The translations under genes and the position numbers were made by a program. From assembly GCA_977018835.1 (NCBI GenBank), contig OZ361257.1, forward strand, positions 5,208,001 to 5,272,000: DNA of 64,000 bases, in the 5' to 3' direction. The DNA is from Minutocellus sp. GHC0000111. Its lineage: Eukaryota. Below are positions 50,739-62,127 of this stretch, piece after piece; position 1 is the first letter of the stretch, and every line of letters begins with the position of its first letter. The notes beneath the pieces were generated by a model. That model was not told the DNA's origin and made no database searches. It saw only the letters and a program-made list of their open reading frames with translations.

Positions 50739-51276
50739 AGGACAATATATTGTGGTAGGAATTCCTACTAGCCACCGTAGCTAAATATATATTCTTCCGA
50801 CTCGGAACCTGCTTCAGCTCGGTGCTCATTTCGATGCCCCGTAGCATGTGCCTAGGTATCTATGTATGGCACGCACTGTAAATTCGTTTGCAAATGAGTT
50901 ATTCATTTCCAATACAGCAGCTTCGGTCTTCTTTTCTAAAACTAAATACCACGAATAGGAAGAGTACCCCAAAATACAAGAGATTGTCTCGTCTTTGCTG
51001 TGCAGTTTGCACAGATCTTGGTGGCGCTGAACAAAATATGACATGAGAAGAGGACAGCAGGCTTTTCAATATATAGTAATATACAAGTAGATAGGTCTAA
51101 TAGGAATTCCTATTGGCTACATGCACGTAGCTACTACGCAGCTAAGCTAGCTACGCAGTCACTTGTGAGACAGATCATAAAGAAATGAATAAGCTAAATC
51201 AAGCCAAGACCTCCTATTATTCTCCCCTAAGAAAAAGCTCGTTTCCAACTTGACGCCTCTGATGCTCACTAGGATC

Positions 51277-52623
51277 TTAATGCTCGCCTGGATCCTCATC
51301 GTTATTTTTTACTGGTATTGATCCGACCCATCCTTTGTGCCTTTTGTGGATTCCATCATCCCACGTGGACAACAGAGATCTCGTCGACTGCACTAGTCCA
51401 CCAACGAGCCCTTCAAGGTCAGAACGATCGTGCGCTGGTTTGCCTGCTTCACTTTGTGCGCTGCCGTCGCCGAAGCCGTTGTCGCCATCCTCTTCGACTA
51501 CGTTTGCATTTGATTCGCAAGTTGACGTTGTTGGAGAAGAGCCACCTGAGCCGTGACTGGCACATTCATTGAAGATTTCTTTCGTAGAGGCCAAGTCGTT
51601 GCCATGGAGTTCTCCACCACTTGCACATGCTGACGAAGCAGCCTGTTCAACCTTCCTCCCTCCACCCCACCTCGATAGCCAACCATATCCAGTGGTATTA
51701 CTGTCGCTGCTGCTGTTATAGCCAACTCGGTCACTATCGCTTTGTTTCATTCGCAGGTAGTGATTTTCAAATCGTAGCTGCTGATTTTCTTTAGTAAGCA
51801 CGTCGCATATCTCTCTTTGGTCGTTGATTGAACGCTTTAGATGCTCCGTGCGAGACATCAGATCTGCGACACATTGCTTGCTTTGAGACTCCACCCGTTC
51901 CAACTCCGCACGATGCGCATCCCTTATATGGCTCAGTTCTGAAATCGTTTTGCTTTTCTCCGCCTCTAGGACAAGAGTTCGCTTCGTAAGGAGGGTGCGC
52001 AACCTTTGGTTTTCATCTTCAAGGATATCGTTTGACCGCAGAAGAGCATCGATGTCGATATTATTTTCATTTCCACGAGGAACAAATTCTGCTGAGACGA
52101 AAGTGTCCAGCGCACTAGAATCGCTAGCGCCATTTCCCTTGTAAAGAAGCGTGTCATCCAGCGACTCGACACTCGCGACAGATTCATTGAAGAGAGCATC
52201 TTCAGCGTCATTTCCTTCAAAAGAATTTTCACTGTTAATTGGAGTGGAACCCAGAAGTTGTGCAATAGAACGCGCAGGATTGGTATTGGATTCGGGGCAT
52301 CTCTTCAGTATTTTGTCATCGCCTGTATTCGCACCCACCCCACGTTCATCACACATAGCCAGAAGACGCGAAGCACGTTGCTGGGGTGTTTCCAACGTAG
52401 TCACGGTTTCCTCGCCGTTTGTTGCACTTCTAGTAGTAGTAGTAGTAGTAGAGGCCTCGTTTTTTGTGGGAGGTGACAAGGGTAGCACTCTTTGGGAAAT
52501 ACTACCGGTACTGTTAGTGGTAGAAGAGAAAGCCGCCATGCATGGATCAGCGGTTGGAGGACCGCCGGCGCCATCAAGGAGAAATCTGCTGAGGGGATCA
52601 TCGCCTTTACCACAGGATGACAT
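51277..52623 (-). CDS. Hypothetical coiled-coil protein, 448 aa
   Basis: Long intact ORF with heptad-rich centre (LEDENQRLR...LTKENQQLRFEN). Confidence 0.7.
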   Translation of the reverse strand: MSSCGKGDDPLSRFLLDGAGGPPTADPCMAAFSSTTNSTGSISQRVLPLSPPTKNEASTTTTTTRSATNGEETVTTLETPQQRASRLLAMCDERGVGANTGDDKILKRCPESNTNPARSIAQLLGSTPINSENSFEGNDAEDALFNESVASVESLDDTLLYKGNGASDSSALDTFVSAEFVPRGNENNIDIDALLRSNDILEDENQRLRTLLTKRTLVLEAEKSKTISELSHIRDAHRAELERVESQSKQCVADLMSRTEHLKRSINDQREICDVLTKENQQLRFENHYLRMKQSDSDRVGYNSSSDSNTTGYGWLSRWGGGRKVEQAASSACASGGELHGNDLASTKEIFNECASHGSGGSSPTTSTCESNANVVEEDGDNGFGDGSAQSEAGKPAHDRSDLEGLVGGLVQSTRSLLSTWDDGIHKRHKGWVGSIPVKNNDEDPGEH

Positions 52624-53782
52624 TATTATTTATTTGTTCTCTGGCCGCCCAAGCAACTGTTCGTTCTACTTGTGCTTTACACAATACAAACCGCTGCTAC
52701 TGTACCAACGGCACTACGCCCTTCGCTGCTCCACTCGCAAACAATCGTATTCGATGGACAACTGCCATGTCGATGTGTCCAATTGTCGAGCAGGAAGAAG
52801 GGGCGGCTAGGGCCATGTACTCTACTCGGCACAGCAGCACAGCCAGGCAGGTCGGCTGCCAGGCGCCAAGTCGTCGAAAATGACCCAGACGTCACTATTG
52901 CATCATTAATTCATACATACCGGTACACATGTACCTAGGTACGCGACGCATACCTAGCTAGGTACACGTACACACGTAGCCGATCGTAATGCTACCGGTA
53001 AATCTATCTATCGTAATGAAAAGTTAGAACCAAATTCAATTCAATAGGTAGCCTCATTTGCATCAGTAAGAACGAATGTCAATACATGTAACGTGGACAA
53101 AAGTCGCATTTGTACAGATCTAGATCTAGATCTACATGTAGGTAGGACGATGGGAGATTGATTGAGTGAGTGAGGATGAGGTAAGCACCAGCACTTTTGT
53201 AGATCTACAGTGTCTGTACTCGAGGTCACGATCTCTCCACGCGTTGGGATTGTTGGCTGGTACAAAGCCTTCGAAGGTAGCTTCCAGATTAAGTCTGGCT
53301 GATTGACTCCTGATAGATCTAGTTCTTCTCGGTGCGGGTACTTCTGTGTCGTCTTCGACTGTTGCTATGTACATGTATTTCAGATGCCACTGTGACATTT
53401 GTATGAGCATATGCATTGATCATGGGGGACATGGTAGCACGCTCGATACTCTGAGGCGGACTGGGAGACAATTCGTTAACGGCTACTTCTATGTCTAGGG
53501 CCACGACGCGACTGAGCGGCGAGAAACAGGGCGGGCCGATGCATTCCACTCATCGATAAATTCCTACAGCTTGTAGGACCTTGACTTACATGTATTAAGC
53601 GTAGTGCGTGTGCCGGTAAAATGTTTCCATAGATCTTGTTTGTGCATTGCATGCATTAAGAGTCTAACAACAGTCAAACACAAGAGGGTCGGTCATACAA
53701 CTGCCACACTTATAAGTTTTACTTCATCAGGATGATCTAAAAGGCACTAGTAGATACCCTCCTAGATCTAGTGGAGGTAGAT

Positions 53783-56700
53783 CTAGGTTTTGTTGGAGGA
53801 GACAGGCATTTTCTTCTTCTTTTTTGTCTTCTTCTTGCTATCATTTGCATCAATCTCCTTCTCATTTTTCTTCTCCATTTTCTTTTTCATGGTGGCCCTC
53901 CTTCTTTCCAAGAAGGCCTGGATTTTATTTGCAAGTTCTTGGAGGTTGTCAGGAAATCTTGTCATTGCGCCTTTGAGAATCTTCTGACCCTCACTTCCTC
54001 CAAGGACTAGAGTCACATGCCGAGTCTCGAGGTGCTGTCAAAATGTAAACATTACATTGCAGTAAGGTGAGAAACCCATTTTACACAAGTGTTGGTTGAG
54101 ATCATGGCAAATAGAAGATTGTGCTGAGCACATGCAAGACTTGGAACTTACCTCAACCAAGAAAGAAACAGCATGGGATTGTACAACAGGATCCCATTTC
54201 AGAATTTCCATAACGACCAAACACACTGAGGCTGCCTTCTCTATCATTCGGTGACCCTTGGGATAATCTGCATTTCGCAGGGCCACCAAACCCTCCCTGA
54301 CAAGGATTGCATCGTCAGGGAAAGACTGCAAGCAGTAAATAACCGCAGCCGTCCCACCAAGTTTTGCTACCTCCGCCCCTTCACCATGCGAAATATTGCC
54401 CATGAAGAGACAGGCACATCTCAAAACTTTGATATTGTTACGGAAACGATGCATCGCCTCCGTTGCTTTTGTGACTAGACCAGCAGCAACAATGGTTTTA
54501 TCAACACCAGCACTCTCTGATGTGATATTATTGAGTAAATTGATAGTGTGAAAGACAATGCAAGAATCATCGGATTGAATCGTATTGCATAGAATCTTGA
54601 GCAGACCGTGATCCACAAGGAGCGTCTTCTTCCCTTTGTTTGGAATTCGTTCATCAAAATAGATATTTGAGAGGGCGGCAAGTGCACTATCGACAAGCTT
54701 ATCATTATTCTTGAACCGAATCATTGCTGCTAGGATGCATTTTTCTGCACCCGAGTTCAGCGCAGTCTTGATGTCCTCAAAGGACTGGGGCTCGCGCATC
54801 AGGTCTTGGAAGAATAGGCACGAACAATCTTGAATGCCAACATCGCCCTTGTACAGCTGCATGCTCTTGACAACCTGCTCGACACACCCATCTGAAATCA
54901 TTCTGTGCTTGAGCGAGCGTTTGATTCCCAAGTTTTGTAGGGTGCTTATAGCATAAAAATGCAGCTTTGCATGAGAGGGCGCCTTAGCATTGCTGTACTT
55001 CTTCATGAAATCCAGCAAGTCGGGGTATATTTCCAAATCAGGCCGCCATGTCCCTTTATCATAGAAACACATGTTCCATAGACCTTCGAACGCAACGATT
55101 AATAGCTCTAGAGATGTTGGGAATGCTCGAATGGCAGCAAAGATTGAATTGACGCCTCTGTAACGAGAAATTAGCAGGGCGGGACCTTTCTCCTTGGACG
55201 CATTTCGGAGGAATCTTACGAGTTTCAACTGAGTAGAAAGGGGTTTTTGATCTTTCTTTCTGCAACGACAAGGACTCGATCACATCGCATATTTTTGTTT
55301 CCATACCCAATATTTCATCGATGGAAAAGCCTAGCTCTTCCAGCTCGTCTTTAGAGACATCCAAAGAAGAAGATTCTCCGCCGTTGTCGCTGTCGCTGTC
55401 CCTGGCAATTCCTCTATCACAATTATCGTCGAAATCAGGGGGGGAAGATTTAAGGCGACTCTCCTTATTCAAGGTGTTCTTTGACGGCTGTTCTTGACTG
55501 GAACGTTGAGTGTTGTTGTCGTCATCAGTCGGCAACACATCATCATCTGCATCCTTGTCATCCACGGCCGGAGATGCGGCAATATTCGCCTTGGAAGAAG
55601 TAGATCTGATGGTACTGGCCTCTTCTCGAATCCTCTTGCTCGATCTCAATCGTCGACCGGTAGCAGGTTGTTTCGTTTCCTGTCCGCCCTTAGTATCTGT
55701 GAATGAGAAAGTTTTGGTCTGCTTCTTTAGCACGTGATCGGGAATTGTGAAATGAATTGAGGATTGAAGAGATCTTTTCACCCTTTTTGTGGTTGTAGAA
55801 TCGGGAATTCCAAATCCGTAGTCCTCAATCTTGGGGTCCTCCTCACCACCAGATGGACCAATTTTGTTAGTCTGAAAGCTTCTTTTCCTCGGGAGTCTTG
55901 TTTCAGCAGGGTCTAAACAGGTTCGTCCCCCCCTTCCTCTACTGTGGGAATGGTGAGGATTCCCTTGCTCTTGAACGAATCTTTCACCAATGCCGTCCCC
56001 TGACGGTAACGGCAATGACGAGAATGGAGTGCATACTTTGTCTGTGATGTGCGTTTTGGGGGTCAGATTCGCCACCTTCGGGATATTGCATTCCGTCCTG
56101 TCACTCTTGTGTTCTTCGAGTGACGGTTGGCATACTTTCGTGTCGTCATCAGTCAAGTTGGATGTTCGGCATGGCCCAATCGATACACCACTAATGCGTT
56201 CTTTCTCCAAACTCTTCCTCGAAAGTTCCAAAGCACGCTGAAGCTGCTCATCTTCTCCGAAGTCATTAACATCCACATCCAACCCATCTCCGACGAGTTC
56301 ACCCTCGCTTCTGCCAGGCACAAAAGCCGAGGCGGCAGTCGTCCTGGTGGGATCTTCTGCAACTGCTCTCGCAGCCACTGATGAGGTTTCCACATCATCG
56401 TCTACAGAGCGAATAATCTTGAATTTTTCTCCAGCTTTCTTTCGGTATTCATCCAATGCATCTGAGTTCACGATGTCCACGAGTCGACAATGGTCATAGG
56501 GGACGTGAACAACTTCGCGCACCCACGCGTTTGGATTCTCGATGAGCATTCCATCATAGCCAAAGTGACATAAGCGCCCCTGCCTGCCCTTGTGTGCTCC
56601 TTCAATGATGACCACGACCTTGCCCAAGTATGGGTTACTGCTTTCAATATTATCGGGCCCACAAATACTACTCTTATTCGTCGTTCCGTCCGGTGATTGA

Positions 56701-58486
56701 TTTAAAGAGTTGGAAACGGATTCTAAGTGCGGGGGAGAGGGTACCAGAACAGGAGTATTACAAGTGGGATTACCCCCTTTGACCAGCTCAGACGTGACCT
56801 CGACCCTCTTCGAAGGATTACCGGAGCTAGCGTTGGTCGCAGCATCGGTGACGGCAGCAGATGGCTTGGAAGCGGAGGTGGTATCAACATCGCCTTCGAC
56901 TGCAGCCTTGGGAGTAGATTCTGGCGCCTTTACTGACGTTGGGGTACTACTGTGCTCCTCGGCATGCGTTGTCTTACGAGGGGCTGTAACGTGAGTGCAA
57001 TTTGTATCGTCACGCATAGAGGCAGTACCTGCGGTATCCGCAGCCTCTGTGGCAATCGATGGCAAATTCGGATCCTTGGCCGCATGCATCTTCTTGGTGT
57101 CATCGCTATCCAACGCATGAGCGTCGATCCCCTCCCTTCTCTCCACATCTCTCGTAACCTTCCGCGAGGTGGTAGCAGCATCAGCATCATTGGCAGTAGA
57201 CAAGGCATTATCATCTAGATCGTCGCTGTGATTAGTGGCAGGATCAGCCGTAGCCTGATTCATGAGCCGCGCATTTCCACCGCACTTGCGCATGTTGATG
57301 ACGGCTGCAATAGCCATAGACAGGTTTTCGGCAACCGGGGCCATCTGCGTGAGCACTCCTACGTCAGCAGCTAAAGTAGGGTCACAAGCGTCAGGTCTGT
57401 AGGAATTAGGATTGTCGTTTAATGGTGAGGAATGGTCTCCAGCCAGATCTGTCTGTTTGCTGCCAGGGGAAGGAAGACCAGCCTCCCTATATGCTGCACG
57501 CGATTGTTCCTGCTGACTGGGCTGAAATCCTACAGATGGACCTTCTTCTGCCGCTGCTTTTGTCGGTGATTCCCGAAAGCTTTGTGGCACTCGGGACCAA
57601 TGAGTACGCTGGCAATTCAGGCAGGATAAACAGACCCCATCGACGGCGAACGCATTTGTCACAGCTTGTCGATCAGCGGTGCCTTCATTTTGGATGAGTT
57701 GATTTCCATGGAAGGGACACAGTCCATTACTTATCCTGCATTGATAAAGGGGTGCCAAGACACCAAAAAAGGGAATTCAGCAGGTAGATAGAATGTACAA
57801 TGTACGTAGAATGTACAAACAATGTGTGAGGCTCTAAAGAGAGCTCACAACATCCACCATGCATCCACGCATCCATGCAAACACACACACACTATGGTTG
57901 CGTCAATAAATCTTACCTGTCCATTACCAAGGAGCGGTCAAAATATCTTTCACCAGTATTCTCATCCAAATGTTGCCTTCTTTCTTGACCAACTTCCACC
58001 ATAGTCGCCGCCGTCGTCTCAACCGCGGGCAAAGACTCACGGTTCTGGCTCCGGCAAGAGGATTGACCCAACCAATGCTGCGGCGAGCTGCAGCATCCCG
58101 TCTTTCTGCGTGATGATTTCATGAGTGCTTCCATCTTGAAGCACATCAGACCCACCCATTTCACCGACCCTGTTGTTGGCCTTTGCATTGGCCTCATTAG
58201 CAGCAGCCTCTACCTCGGCCTCGGGATTGTTCTTAAAGTGTGAAATGGCGTGTGAATAAATCTGGTTTCTTGTGCGCGAACCATTCATGAAGGACGAAAT
58301 CTTTGTCCAATCTTTGCCATGAAGCTGAAGGCCCTGACGGAAAAGGTCATGCTCACTTTCGGTCCATCGGCCGGTGTTCTTTGCCGGAGGTGGATTACCA
58401 GGATGGGCAAAGCCAACGCTTGCAAGACCAACGCCCTCAGAAGCACTCCTACTAGCATCTGGTTTGACCATTCCTAAGGTGGGCAT
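53783..58486 (-). CDS. SHAQKYF-class Myb + Cys motif + KOW-like + UIM-like + ARM-repeat protein; two apparent frameshifts
   Basis: NTGRWTESEHDLF...RTRNQIYSHAISHF. Introns about 57736-57917 and 54035-54151. GKVVVIIEGAHKGRQG; EDEQLQRALELS; ARM-like repeats at 54150-55230. Frame breaks near 58060 and 55245. Confidence 0.7.
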
Positions 58487-58648
58487 CGTGCCGTTTGCTT
58501 TTTCTATAATACTAGGAATTCCTGTGATGCACAGTCTACTTCTGCATCTTTTGTTTTTGGTGTCAATTTTTCGTACCTAGGTACAGTAGGTACGAACGCT
58601 CAGGCCCTACATACATGAAAGGGGTAGGAAATCCTACTACGACATGTG

Positions 58649-61600
58649 CCTTTCGGTTTCAGAGGATTTGTAGAGGGTATACCAATAACCCCAAAAAAAG
58701 GTCATTCTTGCACCCATTTCTCATTTCCCACCCCACGTGTTTTGTTAGTCGATGTTCTCTTCGGGAGGAACGCAAATGCTCCTCAACTCGTGGATATCTA
58801 CTGGACCTGCTCATTCAGTAGGTTGCCACCGACCAGTAGTATCCACTGAATTCGCAGGTCCAGTAGATTCTGGCAGGAACACATATATTTTTTGGTCCCC
58901 CGCACACCCTCACCGCAACCCGCAAATTTTGTGACGATGACGACGACCAACCAGACCACGCCCAAAAAATACAAACGCAGCAGAACTTCGTTCTCAGGGA
59001 GCAAGAGAGGCAACACCAAGGCATCCAGGAAGGCGGCAAAGGCGGCAGCTGAGCCGAAAACACCATCGCCGAGCGCAAACACGTCGAAGAAGCGGCCACG
59101 GTCAAATTCGCCCGCCAAGCCGTCACCGTCGTCGGCGAAGAAGAGGACGGCCCCTCCTCCTATCCCCGTGGCCTTTCTCCTTGCAGCAGATGTCATTCGA
59201 AGGGCTGGTAAGGATCTGTGGTGGAGAGTAACCCCGATTCCTGCGGCAAAGATGACATTTGTGTTGGTTCTCGGCAGAAATGGGAAGACGTCCTCCCTGC
59301 TTTCATCGAGGCCGACTTGTTGCGTTCCAAGTCCGTCGGTGGAGGAAAGTATGAGCTACAGTACAACGAGGAAAAATGGAAGGATATGCAGCAACATCTC
59401 AAGGAGCATTGTAGTTTGAAGTTGCACTTGTCGACGTGTCGGCCGAGAGGGAAGACAAGACGCAGGGCGCTTCATGTTTGTGCTCACAGGTTGCGTAAAA
59501 AGAAGGAGGACAACCACCCGAAATTCTCTGGACCGGAGGGACAGAAGGTGCACGAGAAAAGAAATCCCGATGAAGTTCTGTTCTCTGGGTGCTCGACTGT
59601 CTTAGCTACTAAGCTAGGTGAGAGGTTGTCAGCTCACAGAAAGGAGGCACAGTCAGCGCATTGCGAAGCAAGAGTAAAATCACTAGTCAACGAGGTTCTG
59701 GGTTGGATGCCAGCAAGTCTCCTCAGCATACTGAAGGGAACTGGTGATACTTCCGCCACTGAAGCAGCTGCAGCCTCCCCCAATGATGAAGGTTTAGGAG
59801 GAGCCGATACTTCCGTTGTCTGTGCCACCTCCAGTGACATTGATGAACAGGTAAAGGTCGCTCTCGGCCTCGACTTTGTTGTTCGGATGGCCAACGATGA
59901 CATGCTCCGTCCTCCTCGTCCCAATGCAACCGTCACCGAACCAATACCAATCAGAAAAGAAAAGCAGGCGAATGAAAGAATGCGGTTCAGCGCCGTGGCT
60001 CTCGCGGATTGGTGGGGATACGGCGACCCAACTCGCACGCATGAAGACCGGCAACAAATTGCAACTGCCGCGTGTCGGCAAGTTGCGTACGATCACGGTT
60101 ATGCCAAGTCAACCGGTGGTTCTCAGCTTTACAAGTGGAGAGACCAGCTCTACAAAAGCCTTACTGATGGCATCAGCAATCCCATCGGCAGAAAGGAGGT
60201 TCGTGGAAGGAAGGCACACACGGACATGATCGAGGAGAAGGAGCCAGGATATCTCCGCGAGCTGCATCGGCATGCTACTCGGATGAAGGGGGTGCGATGG
60301 CAACCTTTAAGGAGCTAGCTGACTGCATGAGCGCAAAATCAGCTACTCCAGATGAAGATAGGCTGACAATTAGTCTCCATCGTCTTCAGCTTTTTCGCTG
60401 GTGGAAAAAGCAAGGCGGCAAGGAGAAGTCGTCGATCGAGAAGCCGAGGCTCACCCCCGAATATTGTAGGAAGCGACTTGATTGGATCGAAAAGTGGGAG
60501 GACATTACGATCGATCCCAACATTCCTGTAGCGCATCTTGATGAAAAGTGGTTTTACCTAGGTACACTACTACTCGGCGACGAAAGATCAAGATGTTGTC
60601 ACTTTCTGACGAAGAACTAAGCAGTCCGAACCTCGCGTCTATCCATGCTTCCGAGGCAAGCCCGAAAATTCGATCCAGAAGACACCCTGTCAAAGTTATG
60701 TATCTTGGAGTTGTTGGCCGACCAATGAAGGATGAAACCAAAGACGTTGATTTCAATGGGCGCATCATGATCAAGAGAGTCGCCAGGGAGCAGAAGGTGG
60801 AAAAGCTTACGCGTAATCAGAATTTCTCTCCAGATGCTAAGGTCAACGATGCGCTAAAAAATGACAAAGATTGGCGCGACATTTACGACGAGAATGCTGA
60901 CATGACCGCCGGCCATCTTTGCGACCACATTGCCGAAATCTACGGCCTTTCTGAGTTTGTTACAGAGCGATTGGAACTTCAATACGAGGACTATAAATCC
61001 GACGGTCAGGCAAAAAGTCGCAAGCATGCCGCTGTTGGCTACAATCAAAAGAGATCTCGAGTCTCAAGCGACACACTCCTGATAGCAATGGAGAGAAGGT
61101 GAAGGTTGAGATCGACGACCTTGAGCTCGGGGTGCGGTATCAACGGGGCGATAAGGTTACCAAGGACTGTAGCTGCGACTCCAAATGGATGTTGGAGACT
61201 ATGAATGAGGTCGGGAAGGCGATTCGAGACGCACATCATTGGGTGAAGTGGGATCCACAAAATATTCAGGAGTCTGATGTTATATATCTTATGATGGACA
61301 ATGCCGGCGGTCATGGGTCCAATGAAGCAGTTGAGAAGTACACCGAGGACCTCAAAAACAAATATAAGATTGAGATAATCCAGCAGGTTCCTCGGTCGCC
61401 CGAGACAAATGTTCTTGATCTCGGCATCTTGATGTCTTTGCAGTCGGCCGTCGAAAAGGAGCATCGCGGTCAGAAGAATGATGCGAATGCTCTTGACAAG
61501 ACTGTGATGAAAGTATGGGCCAATGTCGCATCAAAAGAGGCCTTTCTCAATGTATTTGGAAAACTTCCAGTGATATATAACAACATCAAGAGAAGTCGTG

Positions 61601-62097
61601 GCGGTAACAATCTTGTGGAGACCAGACGGGGAAAGGCTGGTCTCTCGCAAAAATTGCCGAGGAAGAAGCTGAAGAGGATGGTGAACCACTCTGGCCAATT
61701 GATGCTCCCGGCGAAGATGATGACATTGAGGACGACATAGATGAAATGATGAAGACGATGGAGTCATTGATTTGCTATAACTTATCATAGCATGTCCATT
61801 TTCTATTCATTACATTTTGATTTGGTGCTTCCAAAAATGTATTTTTTCCCGGGGTGAGGAATGCAAATGTCGAAAAAAATCATCACATAATGTACATTTA
61901 TTGGTTCTGGTGCACAATATCTCTCGACTATATGTAGAAGTTGGTGACCATAACTTGGTTCTTGCCCCGACTTCCATCTTGGCCGTCATTTATTCCTCTC
62001 GGAGTTAGAAAAAGTGAGCTTGGATTTTTGGTCTGGTGTGGTCGTGTTTCTAATACGTCATCATCACGTCACTTTCAAATCCTCTGAACTCGAAAGG
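58649..62097 (+). mobile_element. Full-length mariner-like DNA transposon, DD39D class, 3449 bp
   Basis: 22-bp TIRs CCTTTCG(GT/AG)TTCAGAGGATTTG; right flank TA, left flank TG. Confidence 0.93.
58937..61780 (+). pseudogene. DD39D transposase, frameshifted
   Basis: HLDEKWFY, KVMYLGVVGRP, MMDNAGGH, QVPRSPETNVLDLG; 39 residues counted between the 2nd and 3rd Asp; split over five ORFs. Confidence 0.92.
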
Positions 62098-62127
62098 TAG
62101 CCTACAAGAAAGACCAGAAAGAGAGTC

